Assembly: GCA_965644295.1 (NCBI GenBank) | Contig: CBFFRP010000128.1 | Coordinates: 62,001-126,000 of the forward strand | Source of the DNA: Paraphysomonas bandaiensis | Lineage: Eukaryota > Protista > Chrysophyceae | Direction: 5' to 3' | Length of the DNA: 64,000 bases | Part shown: piece by piece, positions 50,339 through 63,340 of the stretch | Position numbering within the stretch: position 1 is the stretch's first letter | Layout: every line of letters begins with the position of its first letter | Notes under the pieces: generated by a model | Told to the model about the DNA's origin: nothing | Database searches by the model: none | The model's input: the letters and a program-made list of their open reading frames with translations, nothing else | Translations under genes and position numbers: made by a program

Positions 50339-50674
50339 ATCATAAATAAAAATTATAAATTATATACACTATATATATATTGGTCGTCTACAGATGTACT
50401 TTTATGAAAGTTCACTCTCTTGGCATTGTAATATTATAGACAAGGGACGATACTCCTTATCCCTAGTTTAAATTGTAGCTTATCCTCATGACGTTGAAGC
50501 TATTTATAGCATGCTTGCTGCATTAAGAAATAGATGTTCCCTGATTAACATTTAGAACTCATATAGTTTAAAAGCAATGATATGTATACTGTATGCTTAG
50601 GAAGTAGCAATAATACTAGATCAACTCAACACAATAAACCCCAAGTTTCTATAACAGCTACAACAAATGTACTC

Positions 50675-51086
50675 CTACCACAGAAGAATACTGAGGGAAT
50701 AGCAACTGCGAGTGTGATGATGAAAGTGTACAGTTATGAGAGGCTTCTTATTCCCTAAATTCGCATCATCATCACATTTATATACAGCAGGCCTAACCTC
50801 TGCTAGTGCACCTGATCGAATGATGTGTGTATGATATGAGGCACACAATATCCTGAGAAGCACGATATGGCCCAAACCCTGAAAGGACTGGGTGCCACTG
50901 CTCCTAACCACCTATATAGCATCAGATATGGTAATTAAACTCTCCTGTAAAATTCTTGAAGCTGCTTCGAACTCCTGGATATGAAGACAGATCACTTACA
51001 CTGACCTCATTATGATCTTCTACAGCAGTCGAAGGATGGAATATAACTTGGAGTGTTAGATGATCTGCTCTTGATAGTTGGCTCAT
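50675..51086 (-). CDS. Short hypothetical gene or gene fragment
   Basis: ATG at 51086 and a plausible first intron; the N-terminus weakly resembles TTC36 (D...LQ.IF.P); 3' end uncertain. Confidence 0.25.
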
Positions 51087-51394
51087 GGTTGTGGTTTCTC
51101 TATAGTAGTGTACTATAATGAATTTACATGCATACATACGACATGTCTCTATTTGCCCGGTGCTGATATGAGCGCCCTGTTGAGCCTAAATCAGGTAAAA
51201 AAAAGCTTTTTTGAGACATAATGGGGATAACTTAATACTTAATATTTTTAGCACTAACGTTGAAGACTTTAGGAATACGTAGTCGAAATTTCTACATAAT
51301 TACTTAATGAGATATGACAACAAAGGCCTAGCTATTTCTGTCAGATGTAATGCACAAAAACAGACACATGCATGAATACATGAGACATGCAGGA

Positions 51395-52114
51395 TCATAT
51401 CAGTCTAGGAAAAGATTCTCCAGCGTGACTATATCCCATTAAAGTTCTCCGTACAATTCGTTTAAACTGCGATTAGATAAAAAGTTAATGTGTTACAGAA
51501 AAGTTAATGGAATTTCTGACCTGTTCGCTATCAGAACGGAACAAATCAGCAGCTTCCCGGTTGAGAGGATCATCGGGGTTAGGTTCATAAAAAAGATAAA
51601 TTACACCATATATGACAGCGTTGACATCCAAAACAGGTTTCCAATCTTCTCGTAAGATATTTAAACACACTTTCCCTTGTAAATCAATATTGGGATGATA
51701 TATCTTTGTCTTGCAAAGAACCTTAGGAGGTTCATGAGGATACCCGGGTGGTATTTCAAACGTAAACTCATACGTAGCACCCTGCCATATACCGGTATCA
51801 GGAGAAACCCTAACATTGAAAAAAGTCAAGTCGTTTGGATTGGGAAAATCCACTGAAGCTATTCTGCCACTATCCAGATCAGCGATATCTTTTTGCACCC
51901 GAATCTCGCCTGGTGTACGTTTTTTACCCGTAATCTTTGTCCCTTCTTGTTTGGCTGCACGTCCTCCAATACCAAGTAGTTTTAATCCCCCGTTTCCGTT
52001 GCTCTCTGTTTCATGCTTGACGTCTGCAGTTGCTTGTGATGACTGGTCTGAGCCAGTGGCTTCATCAGGAGAAGGCTTCTTCTCTTGTTTCTTGTCTTTC
52101 TTCAATCGAATCAT
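51395..52114 (-). CDS. UBC12: NEDD8-conjugating enzyme Ubc12, 2 exons
   Basis: MIRL start, EIRVQKDI, HPNIDLQGKVCLNILREDWKPV, EPNPDDPLN. Confidence 0.95.
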
Positions 52115-52591
52115 AGAAGAGAATAAGATATGAGCAGTATGGAAGAGAGTGGAGTGCAATATGTATATATATGAGATGGTCCAACCATTGTTGCATATGT
52201 ATGCATATATATATACACGTATATACTGCTGTACACACATAGAGAGAGTGTGCATAGACATACTGCTGTATACCGTACTGTTGTACATACATGAATGTAC
52301 CACAGTACTCTGGACTCTGGTACATATATATCTGCGTACACTTTCAGCTACCCACCCATAAAATACATTGTGTTTCACCGTATTCCACCAATACACTTCC
52401 TGTCTATCCCTCCTATTCCATTCAATTTTTCAGTTTTCTAATGACGGTTGAAGATATTGACTGAAGTGTGGTGTAGGTGTTGTTTTCTCTTATGTCTCCT
52501 ACATATACATACATATACATACATACATACCTCCAAGAGGGCTTCATAGAATTAATTAAAGCAAGACGATTGAGTGTAGTATAAGTTCATA

Positions 52592-53180
52592 ATGGGTAAT
52601 GATTTCATTGTGTGCCTGAAACTCTTAATTTCATGTTTTTATAGTCAAGGTTAAGGCTCACGAACTTCGCAATAAGACTAAATCTGAGTTGTTGAAACAG
52701 CTCGATGATCTCAAGCTTGAGCTCTCTCAGGTACCTCAATCTCCTCTCCTACACATATATCTTATCATAACAATATCTCTTAAAGCTCCGTATTGCTAAA
52801 GTCACTGGCGGTGCGGCTTCTAAGTTGGCTAAGATTGGTGTTGTGCGTAAGTCGATTGCCAGAGTGCTCACTGTGTACAACCAGACCACTAAGGACAAGG
52901 TAACACTCACCCATTTAAACTCATTCATGTTATCAACTAACTGAATTGTATCATTCAGTTGAGAGAGAAGTATTCTGATGCCAAGAAGCTCCCTCTTGAC
53001 CTCAGGAAAAAGCAGACCAGAGCCATCAGAAGAAGACTAACTACTGAGCAGGTATAAATGTGGTTAATGTTTTCTGGGTGTAGTAATAATCCTATCAATT
53101 AGGCTAACAAGAAGACCGTCAAACAGGCTAAGAAGGAGGCTTATTTCCCTATGCGTAAGTTTGCTGTGAAGGCATTGTAA
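52592..53180 (+). CDS. RPL35: 60S ribosomal protein L35 (uL29), 5 exons (absent from the ORF track)
   Basis: [10 protein letters not shown]...[28 protein letters not shown]...[16 protein letters not shown]...[11 protein letters not shown]. Confidence 0.97.
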
Positions 53181-53784
53181 ATTCGCACGCACCTGAACAT
53201 TAAATGAATAATCAGTCGTCTTAGTTAATCCGCTTGTCCTATATTTATAGTATATTTGCCTCTCTGGTCTAGTCCACTGAATAGAAGCGATGTATAGCAT
53301 CTCTACTTTTAGTGTTTTTGCAACAAGCATATCAATATAGCTGTTATATAGAGTTTATAGTATAGTCAGTTTACTGATCAGGGTTAAGTATAAATCGATT
53401 ACTGTGTAATTGTTAATCAGGTAGAGAACATATATCATACAGATCGCGTTATTACACGCATATCATATATCATTCAATGATATATTATCATATCTGATAA
53501 TGTTGAATATAAAGATTATGCTATGAGTTCAAGTTCAGTTACTTAAGTTATTTCACCAAACGTCAAATGTTGATATATCAATTTGTGACAATCAGTTTGG
53601 TTATGAAGTAATAAAACAAAATATGTAATATTACTGCATGAGGTAACCATTGCGTTGTAAAAAAATATTCTCGACAGTGTGATGTATTTCAGTAACAAGC
53701 TTACAAGTCACTCCTCCAATCGTTTGATTATTTCACGAATAATTGTTACATTTAGTACTCGCACCACAAAGATCTCACTACAAT

Positions 53785-56700
53785 CTATGCCTGATGAGAC
53801 TCCATAAAATCAATGCATTCAGTGGAGCATCTAATAAAACAACAGGTACTAGGGGTGTTATAGCCTAACTCCTCCCATCGCTCACATCTTTCTTGAATCT
53901 CAGCATCTGTTGGTAAACAGTCTTCACAAAAAGAATTCGGACAAGCTTCACATTTAAACGCAAAACCCATTGCGGATTGTGACTTCTTGCACTCCACACA
54001 TCCACTGTGGTGGGGACAGCGCCACACCTTTGAAGGAACTTTCTTTAGGCCAGCACAAGCCATGTGATACGAAGCAGGACAGTTCGAGCAGCATATTAAA
54101 TGACCGCCGTCCCAGCATACCTGACATGTGTCCTGATTCTCGAACTTCTGCGTAAATAATGTCAGCACTGTGGTGAGACACTGTGGTACAGCATTACCAC
54201 TTTTTTTTCGGGCTCTTTCCCCCACCCATCCGCCATTCGTCCCTTCATCTCTCTGTTGTAGACACTTGGCTCTCCTGACTCCAAGGAATATTGGTTGACT
54301 TTCAACACATTTACTGTGCCCACTCCTTTAACATTAACCATCTCTACCCGAACATTTCTCGCCCGTTTCGATTTCTCGCCCTCTGATGCCCAAGCCTTGG
54401 CAATATCTTTCAACGTCGTTGGAGCTTCATCCTTAGGAATGAGTTCCCCATTGAGAGAACGAAGGCTCATCAGAGGAGCGTGTAGATCTTGTTGAAAGGA
54501 CGCCGCAGAGCATTCTTGGTTCTCGATCAACAGAGAATCATCAGATCTATTCACTTTACGTGGAGAAGATCCGGTCTTCAATGAAATAGGAGACAACGGT
54601 GAAAGTCCACGTTTTCGGTCAATAATACGATCAAGTTCGGCGTCAGATAAAGCGTTGAGTTGTGTTCCAGTTCCAAGGGAAAACATAGAGCTAAAACCAA
54701 ATTTTAACGCTTCCATCATTGTACTCATGTCAGCATGGTCGGTGCCGGGGTCACCAGTAGTTGGGCCTTCACTGTCAGCTTGATGTCGTAACTTATCCAG
54801 CTCTAATGCATTGCTGGTACTGCCACGATTGACCATAGAATCCAGAAAGAGCTATTGTACACTGACTTAACATATACTGCAAGAAATAATACATTTAACC
54901 ACACTGACCTTTTTCTGCGCTCTCTGGACGATACGCTCTTCCACAGTTCCGGCTGAAACAAACCTATAGATGTGCACCGTCTTTGTTTGCCCTATGCGAT
55001 GTACTCTAGCCATTGCTTGAATATCTACTTGGGGGTTCCAATCACTATCGAAAAGGATAACAGTGTCTGCAGTGTAAAGGTTGACACCTTCTCCTCCAGC
55101 ACGAGTGGACAACAAAAAGATCTGTATCGTGCTTCCCGCCTTGTTAAACTGACATATTCGAACTTCTCTGTTGACTCTGTGGGTGGATCCGTCCAACCGC
55201 ATATGTCTGTATCCCCTCATATGTAGGTAGTCTTGGATTATATCTAGTGTGCGAGTGTATTGTGAGAACAATACCACGCGATGACCTTTAGCAAATAACT
55301 TCGGAAGAAGTCTGTCCAGCATCATCATTTTGCCTGAAGCTGTGACAATTTCCTCTGTAGCTTCAGGGCTCGGGTCATCTGGGTCAACATCCTCAGCACC
55401 TTTGTAGTTAACATATGAATTAAATTAAATTGGCATGATATATATTCGTATACCTGGGAAGAGATAAGGATGGTTGGCCGCCTTCCTAAGCTGTGAGAGA
55501 AGGCTCTGTAACCGTTTCCAAGCTCCACTAGCTAGTTTGCCTATCAATAAATAAGGTACCGATTTCTACAACGGCATCAACCACCTACCGGCATTAGGTT
55601 GTTCAAGTTCACTCAGAATGGCAGAGTCCTTCAGTAATAGCCGCTTTGACCAAAACACTTGCATAGGAGCTAATGGGCACTGAATAACAGTTTCAAGTTT
55701 AGGGGGAAGTTTCTGCTCGACTTCAGACTTCACTCGGCGCAATAGGAAAGGGCGCAATAAATAGTGAGCTTTGTCTAACATTTCTTGGTCAACTTGGACT
55801 TCATTCCCATGAAAGTGAAATGCCGTTTCAAAACCTTCCGAGAGATCGAATACAGCTGGGTGAAGGAAACGCAACAGGGAGTAAGTCTCCTTCAGGTTAT
55901 TTTGCACTGGTGTGCCAGTCAACACTAACTTGAAACGCGCTTTGTATAGCAGGCACGATTTTGAAATATTGGAATCATCGTTTTTGATACGATGGCCTTC
56001 GTCGAGTACCATTGTGCGCCAAAAGACACGCCGAAGAGATGTTTCCAACTTTCCTTTAACCATCTCATAAGTCGTAATCACAACATCATAGCCTGTATCG
56101 CCAGCAGAGAGAGAATGAAGAATATCTTTCAATCTCTGCTGCTCTTTCGAGTCGTTCGAATGAAGACGTAGAATGCGCAGAGAAGGGCAGTAGGTGCGGC
56201 ATTCCAGGATCCAATTAAACAACACAGAAAGAGGGACTACCACTAGGTGTGGACCGGAACGGTTAAGAGAGTTGGTGATGTACGACATTAGAGATATAGT
56301 CTGCAACGTTTTTCCTAACGCCACATTAATAGAGGACAAAATAGGTTATATCTACTTACCAAGTCCCATCTCATCTGCTAGAATTGCGTTAATTCCTCTG
56401 GTGTAGTGATCTACAAGCCACGACAACTGCATACGACAACATATAAGCATAGTTCGCACAATACAAAAAACTTACTCCTTGAATTTGGTAATCGCGCATT
56501 ACTACATTTTTAATAGTGGGTGGTTGTGATGTGACCACATGACCGTTTTCATTTAAACTTTTCGCGGAAGATATTCTGTCGAGTACTTTCGTAGATATAA
56601 ATGGACGCAGCACATCAAGATACTGCTTTAGACTCCGGTCTGACAAACTTTCGACATTTCTTAGTTCCAAGATGTTTTTGGATGGCTTCCGGTCTTGAGA

Positions 56701-57006
56701 TTTAATGGCAGCGACTGCTTTAACATTAGAATCACTTACAGTCTTTTTCTTTTTCTTGCGCATTCCAACTGCAGAGCGATACGCATCTTCTTGCTCATCA
56801 AAGTGAACAATTTCTTTGCGTTTACGTTTTGTAGAGCAGGACTGTATGCATTCTTCTGTTATCGGTAAAACATCTTGTGATTTCCCGTCAAACCATTCAA
56901 TAGTTGCATGAGTAGAAGTTGCATCGATAGACAGCACCGTACCAAGGCTCCATAATTTTGATTCACTGGGTTTAGCAAAAACTGAATCCCCAACACTTAA
57001 ACTCAT
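53785..57006 (-). CDS. SNF2-family chromatin remodelling ATPase with C-terminal PHD and Cys/His fingers, multi-exon
   Basis: ADEMGLGKT, LDEGH, LTGTPVQNN, LLSTRAGG, DSDWNPQVDIQAMARVHRIGQ; CQVCWDGG..CCSNC...WRCPHH. Confidence 0.93.
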
Positions 57007-57704
57007 GGATACTATGCACTAACGACACTTCAATCGCCGATACAATAAGAATATGGTGCAAATGGATGCAATGGCGATGGCATTGATCGTTATGAGGAGA
57101 AATTGTGGACATGTTTTCCCCCACCACTACTGCTGGAATACAGTGCTGTATTCATGTATATATGTTGTGGAAAAGTGTATTCGGGTATACAGTGCTGTAT
57201 TATAGCGTAGGAATGGAGGGAAAGGACGGTATTCCCTTGTATTCCCCGAGGGGTTGTAGATACGGATATTTTAAGAATACAATGTATACAGAGATATACC
57301 GTATATCGTGCGATTGACTGAGTCAGTGGTGTCACACGCACACACCACACTTATAGTTATTGCATCGTAGCCGGTAATATCTGTGGATGGGGAAAAGTCG
57401 ACCAGGGGAAAAAATCCTAGTTTTATTGCTATATACTGTGGTTTTATGATCCATATATCTCACAAACAACCAAAAAAGGGTGATTCCCTCCCACAGATAT
57501 ACGGTATATACAACAAGGCAGTTGTGACGTAGAATTCGAGAGGCTATTTCCTGTTTCTCACTTGTTCTTCCTGCCTGCAACATGTCGCCTCAAGCACAGC
57601 ATGCCCATCCCGTTCCTACCTTACACTATAATATAACCAGATATATATACTATCTTCACTTTCAATATCTTAGTTTGCATTTATATTACTGAAACTAATC
57701 AACA

Positions 57705-58605
57705 ATGGATTACAACCAGAAATATCCTAAAATTTCGGTCGACTTCAGGAAACTGGATGTAAGGAAGTGGAGCCATTCCATTGTTGTGTTTGACCCCTTG
57801 TCATGCAGAGACCCGCACTGATAAGGATCATGAATTATTTCAAAGGTACTGTCGATTGTAGTGGTAATGGTCATGTGTAACTTTCATGTAGTCCGTCCGG
57901 CTCCAGAAATGACCACTTTGCAACTAGCGAATGCAGTTGCCAGGTAAGCTTCGAACATCTATGTACTTCAGTCACTAGCAGTTGATATATTTAATACTAT
58001 AGATATTTTGATGACTTCACAATTCCGGAGACTGAAACTGTGGAGAAATTTGCTGCGAAGTATTGCTACTCCACAGCAGACAAGTCCACTCCTCGCAAGC
58101 GGCAGCGAAAGAATTTGAGCCATCACGTGGCTCATCCTGCAGCATTGGGAGAACAAGTAAAATTTATAGTCTCATAATGTGCTAAATAGTGGCATCGTAA
58201 CGGTATGTTGTGTAGGTGGCGGCTAAAATCTCCAGCCCGGGTGACGAAGAAGGGTCCTGGATTCTGGGCAATGTGATGAAGTGTAACAATAAAACTAGGA
58301 CCTATGAAGTTCAGGACGAGGATGATGTGCGACGAATTGTTACTCTCCCATTTAACTCTGTGCGTCGGCTGGAGGATTCAGCAGCAGATATTCGACGGGG
58401 TGATCGTGTGCTAGCTGTCTTTCCTGAGACGACCTCTTTCTACGATGCTGTAGTGGTAAAAACCCCGAAGTCGCCTGCAGGAAACAACCAGTGGGAAGTC
58501 GTTGTTCGGTTTGAGGACGATGAAGATGAAACAGGAAAAGCTCCTCCTCGGAGGGTACCAGCCAGATTCGTCGTGCGTGCGTCGGCGTTTGAGAAGTCGT
58601 CGTAG
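57705..58605 (+). CDS. SGF29-type tandem Tudor protein with an N-terminal SAP30 Sin3-binding-like domain, 5 exons
   Basis: VAAK...WILG...YEVQDED, VLAVFPETTSFYDAVV, VRFEDDE...VPARFVV; N-terminal VDFRKLD..AL..I..YF...QLANAVARYF. Confidence 0.85.
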
Positions 58606-59268
58606 CGTCATGTGCTGCTGACACATACCGCGGTATTCCATCACGACTACGACACATATTGCACTAGTCCAAGTGATATGATTTTTCCGCGTTGTATATA
58701 TGCCACTTGTACTGGAGTTTTTCGTACCCATGATATATAATGTAGTTGTACTGATCACGAAACTGTGTTGCTTAAGCTAAACTATGACGTATGGTTCTAC
58801 GTTTACACCTCTTCATTATGTAAGTTTAATTGGAGGCGTACTTCACATAGGACAAAGCAATATCTATGAATATGTGACGATGTGGTTCAGTTCATTAATT
58901 ATTTCCACCACGGTTATTTTTGACTGTTGAACATGATTTAAACACAGCAAGGTAATCTCTATAAATAAGACAGTATCATGCAGTTCATAAATCTGAACCT
59001 ACAATAAAGCTTATACAGAACAATGACCTCCAGTTTCAAATTATCTTACAAAATGATGTACTTATATTTGTATCCAATACTGTAACCTCAAAACTCATTC
59101 ATCCATAGTCGAATATAATAATTAATTAAAATTTAATATAAAAGAAGTAAAGAAGTTCATCATCAACAATATAATCTATAATCTATAATCCAACATGAGC
59201 ATGTATACATAATCTACTCTGTTAAAAAATGTGTGATACTAAATTTTGTACGACTAAATATACATTAT

Positions 59269-59613
59269 CTACCTACGAAGACGGTGTCTGTAGTAACCTG
59301 GCTGTTGAACATCGAAAAATTCGTTCTCATATTCAACTGTTCGGGAGTCACTCGAGCGCACTTTCTCATGTATGATGGTGACTCGCTTAATAATTTTATT
59401 CTTGATAAGATTTCGGTAATCACGCTTGGGTGGGGAGGAGGTCTTTACATCACTATTCCGAGGGCTGAGTTTAAGTTCTCTTTTCTCAACAAGATCAGTG
59501 CACTTCGGTGCCACTACCATCGTTTGAATTTCACTCTCAGCGCATCTGGGTGACTCATCGCATATATTTGTCACGTCAAAATCAAGCTGCAAAGGCAAAA
59601 CGGTTGACTGCAT
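59269..59613 (-). CDS. Hypothetical small protein
   Basis: 114-aa ORF only; start uncertain. Confidence 0.3.
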   Translation of the reverse strand: MQSTVLPLQLDFDVTNICDESPRCAESEIQTMVVAPKCTDLVEKRELKLSPRNSDVKTSSPPKRDYRNLIKNKIIKRVTIIHEKVRSSDSRTVEYENEFFDVQQPGYYRHRLRR

Positions 59614-59818
59614 TTGATCGATTCACTATATATCAAGAGCACTCACAGTTCAGCCATCCATAAAACAGACTCGCAGCGTTATTGTCTATACATATCCGCA
59701 CTCACCACATACACTCCTATCAACAATAAACTGTGTGTGGTTTGAGTCTCTTCTCTCTACTCGTTAAGTGACTTCTTTGAATCTCCTGAGAGGACATCAA
59801 CATACACATACATACATA

Positions 59819-61393
59819 CAGGGTCGGTCAAAAATAAAACAACCACGGTTTTTTCGCGTTTTTTCAACACATGTCAAAAATCAGAGTAAACTCAAATAAT
59901 AAAAAATGTAGAGCTTTTCAAGATACGTATTTTGATATATGATGTTGTATATGTAATTTTTGCTCCTTCGTGAGATAAAGAGGCACCCTGGGTTTTCGCA
60001 TTGACTCTAAAAACCCCTGTGTCATATTAAAATCTTATTACCACTTAAATGGAAGCGTTTAGACGCTATTACTTATAGTGAACTATTAAATACATTGTAT
60101 GCACTACAGTTTGCTTCAGTTAGGATTGGATTTGGTTAATGGTACGTGTAGAACGGAGAGGCCGAAAGAAGCGAACTCCACGAAGGCATTATCACATGAA
60201 TAGTGCTGACAAGACGCAGCTACTCGCACTTCGACATGCCGGACTTACTTTTCGTGATATTGGGAAGCGGATGAAGCTAAATTCCGGCAATTTATGCAGA
60301 GTTTACAACAAAATATTCTCGACGAAAAGTTTCGACCGCACTCCTGGCTCCGGTAGAAAGTGAAAAACAACTGAAAGAGACGATGCATTGAATGTCAGAG
60401 AAGTATAGAAGAATCGTACGGTAAGTGGACCACACCTTAAAACTCTTTTTCCTTAACTTAAGGTATCAGAACGGACGTTAGACGCCGTATTAACAGTTGC
60501 TCCTACTTCCAATCGGAATGGGCCACAAGAAAGCCCTTTGTTAGCGAACGCAACAGGATTAGGAGATTGGAATGGGCGAGAGCTCACCTCAATTGGACTG
60601 TTGAACAGTGGAGAAAAGTTATTTGGTCGGACGAGTCCCCTTTTGTTGTTCGCTATCGCCGAAAGTAGCGTTGCTGGAGAGCTGTTGGCGATAGATATGA
60701 TCCGGCCTGTACTACAGCGACAGTGAAGCATGACGATAAAATAATGGTTTGGGGGTGTTTCTGTGCTCATGGCATAGGAGATTTGTACCGTGTGGAGGGA
60801 ATTTTAAGGAAGGAACAGTACCTATACATCGTTGAAAACCACTTCTATACAGTGCAGAGCGACTATACCCTGATTTCGACTGTATTTTCCAAGAAGATAA
60901 CGATCCGAAACACACCGCGAGAATTGTACGGCAATGGTATGATGACCAAGATCTTATCCGTATGGATTGGCCCGCTCAATCTCCTGATTTGAACCTGATA
61001 GAGGATCTGTGGGCAATACTAGATCATCGCATGAAAGACCGATCTTCCAACGACCTAAACGAGCTTTTTCAGCTGCTACTGAAGACATGGAATGAACTCC
61101 CAGTTAGCTTATTGTCTGATCTAGTAGATAGCATGCCTAGAAGGTGCCAAGCTGTGATAGATGCGAAAGGATATGCCATTAAGTATTAAGTGTGGGGTTT
61201 TTATAAGAAGCCTAAAAATCAAGGTTTTGACACTTTAATTAAGAAAATTTTCACCAATTTTTAAGCTGAATAGCTCATTAGAAAGCCCTAAAAAAACTAT
61301 ACATTTCCTATTATTAGAGTAATATCCAGTTTTTACATTTGCTTAAGTGAAATTCTCGAAAAACCGTTGTTGTTTTCTTTTTGACCGACCCTG
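59819..61393 (+). mobile_element. Tc1-like DNA transposon, defective
   Basis: TIR CAGGGTCGGTCAAAAA.AAAACAAC; TA TSD at 59817-59818 and 61394-61395; inserted in a short (CATA)n tract. Confidence 0.95.
60139..61189 (+). pseudogene. Tc1 transposase with stops and frameshifts
   Basis: HTH/GSGRK, WSDES, MVWGCF, QEDNDPKH, WPAQSPDLNLIEDLW. Confidence 0.92.
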
Positions 61394-62385
61394 TACATAC
61401 ATACATGCCCATATACACATACAGGATCATATCTGCAGATCACACATACACACACACCTCAAAAGCACCCCAATCGTCACAAAAAAACTGACGAAAATTC
61501 CGTCCCGAGGAAATCACATACTGGTATACGTGTGCGTATATGGCAGTATACCTCTGGGTCACTTCGAAGTGAATGTGATGTGGATATATGCATATATGAG
61601 TACATGATTCAGAGGCTCTGCTGCTGCCTCTACTCACAGACACGAGTGAGGACTATCAACAGTGTGTGGTCATAGTGGTGTATAGTGGTGTGTGCTCCTC
61701 ATGAGGAGAGAGACTCGTATGATCACATGAATAATACCGCAGCAGATACACACATATACATACAGAACACCCACACACATATACATGCATAGACCGCATG
61801 GAGCACCCTGAATAGTCATATAACCAACTATTCCTGAGAGCACAACATCTCTCGAGGAACTCTCCTCAGATAGCTGTTTCTGACTATCTAACATGGCGAT
61901 GGCATATGTAATAGAGATATTCAGGTTCTAACAAGTGAAAGAACGAGGCAGTTGTGCTCATTCTGGCTGGATACTGTGAGGAATCAGTTACTATGATCTA
62001 CGGGGATTACCTATAGACACCAGCGAGTGTAAAGAGTGTAAGCATCAAGGGAACATGTTTATTAAGCAGTTCAAGATATCCTCACTACCCCCCGTGGATT
62101 TTAACATGGTAGCCCTTACAATACGCCCAAGTGAACATTGTATCGCAAACTGAAGTTATATAATATATAGTTGCTGTCCCTGCCTGTGGATGCTAACCGA
62201 AGGCAACATTCTAAAAATACTCTTATCTGCCGATGCCACTGTATGTTGTAATTACTGGACTTTAAAATCACTAATAATATAGCCGCTCTTTCTTGGATTT
62301 GTATATTATGATACCAAGTAGTTGTTAGACAAAATCAATTTTATTTCAGCAAGGAGCTGTTGGCAGTTTTCAAGCTGCTTGAAAG

Positions 62386-62463
62386 CAGGGCCTGGTAACC
62401 ATTAATGGTAATGCCATTATAATTGCCGGGAACAAGACTACCATTAATGGTTATCAGGCCATG
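62386..62463. mobile_element. 78-bp hAT-type mini-MITE
   Basis: About 25-bp TIR (CAGGGCCTGGTAACCATTAATGGTA, 2 mismatches) and a perfect 8-bp TSD cttgaaag at 62378-62385 and 62464-62471. Confidence 0.85.
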
Positions 62464-63049
62464 CTTGAAAGGATAAGGTTGTTTTGTCAACACTCTCTGT
62501 GGGACACACCCGTGAAAGTATAGATATAAACTCTGTCCTAACATATACGATGTGTCTTCAATATATGTCTCCTGTATATGCATATATGCTGCAGATCGTT
62601 AGGGCCTTAGAGGTAGTGTTGACAGCAGGTAGAGCAGGTAGTCTGGAGTGGAGAGTAGAGTATCAAAATCTGTTAGAAATTCTAGCTGACTCCAATGTCT
62701 TCCCTACATTAAATGCGTCTCTTCCGGTCGAATGAAAACCTATTAAGCAAGAAATAAAATAAATCACACAAATGTACTTGACACTTCTTGGATCAGAGCC
62801 TTGTTGTAACCTCTATAAACTAGGGCAGTAGACACTAAGACCAGGTAGTAGAAGTGTGGTACGCATAACAGGTCTAAGTCAAATCACAATGCCATTATTG
62901 CCATGCATTCAGAGGAAAATTTGACGCATTGCCTCCGTTATTGGCCACACAGATGCCGAATAATGTAACTAATATTCTACTTCAATCCCTCAAAGCAAAC
63001 ACCATGTGTAAGTAGAATGTTGATATGCCTTATATCTGCTGACTTCAGA

Positions 63050-63340
63050 ATTTTTGAATCTTAAGGAGAACTTATCCCGGATCGTCGGCTTTATCAGGCA
63101 GTCCAAAATCCTGGATACCTTTCAGGCGAACCCATTTCCGAATGGCGTTTTTTTTGTCAAGGCCCAAAGACGTCTACTACACAAGTGACACTTCTGTTAC
63201 TTGCATCACTCAAGTATTTGGCTATGATCAGTGGGCGGAATATTATCTGATGTCTACAATTACGGTTCACGTTTGTTTCCTAAATAAAATTCTTCCTGTA
63301 TTTGTCACTAGAAGGTGTAAGACCGACTTTGTTGAGGGAA
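63050..63340 (-). mobile_element. Diverged partial copy of the SINE-like family
   Basis: ggcccaaagacgtctac, acaagtgacact and ccgactttgttgagggaa, colinear with 7690-8009. Confidence 0.8.

Noticed and set aside
62590-62735. IVRALEVVLTAG resembling tRNA isopentenyltransferase
   Set aside because: Isolated short motif with no supportable gene model
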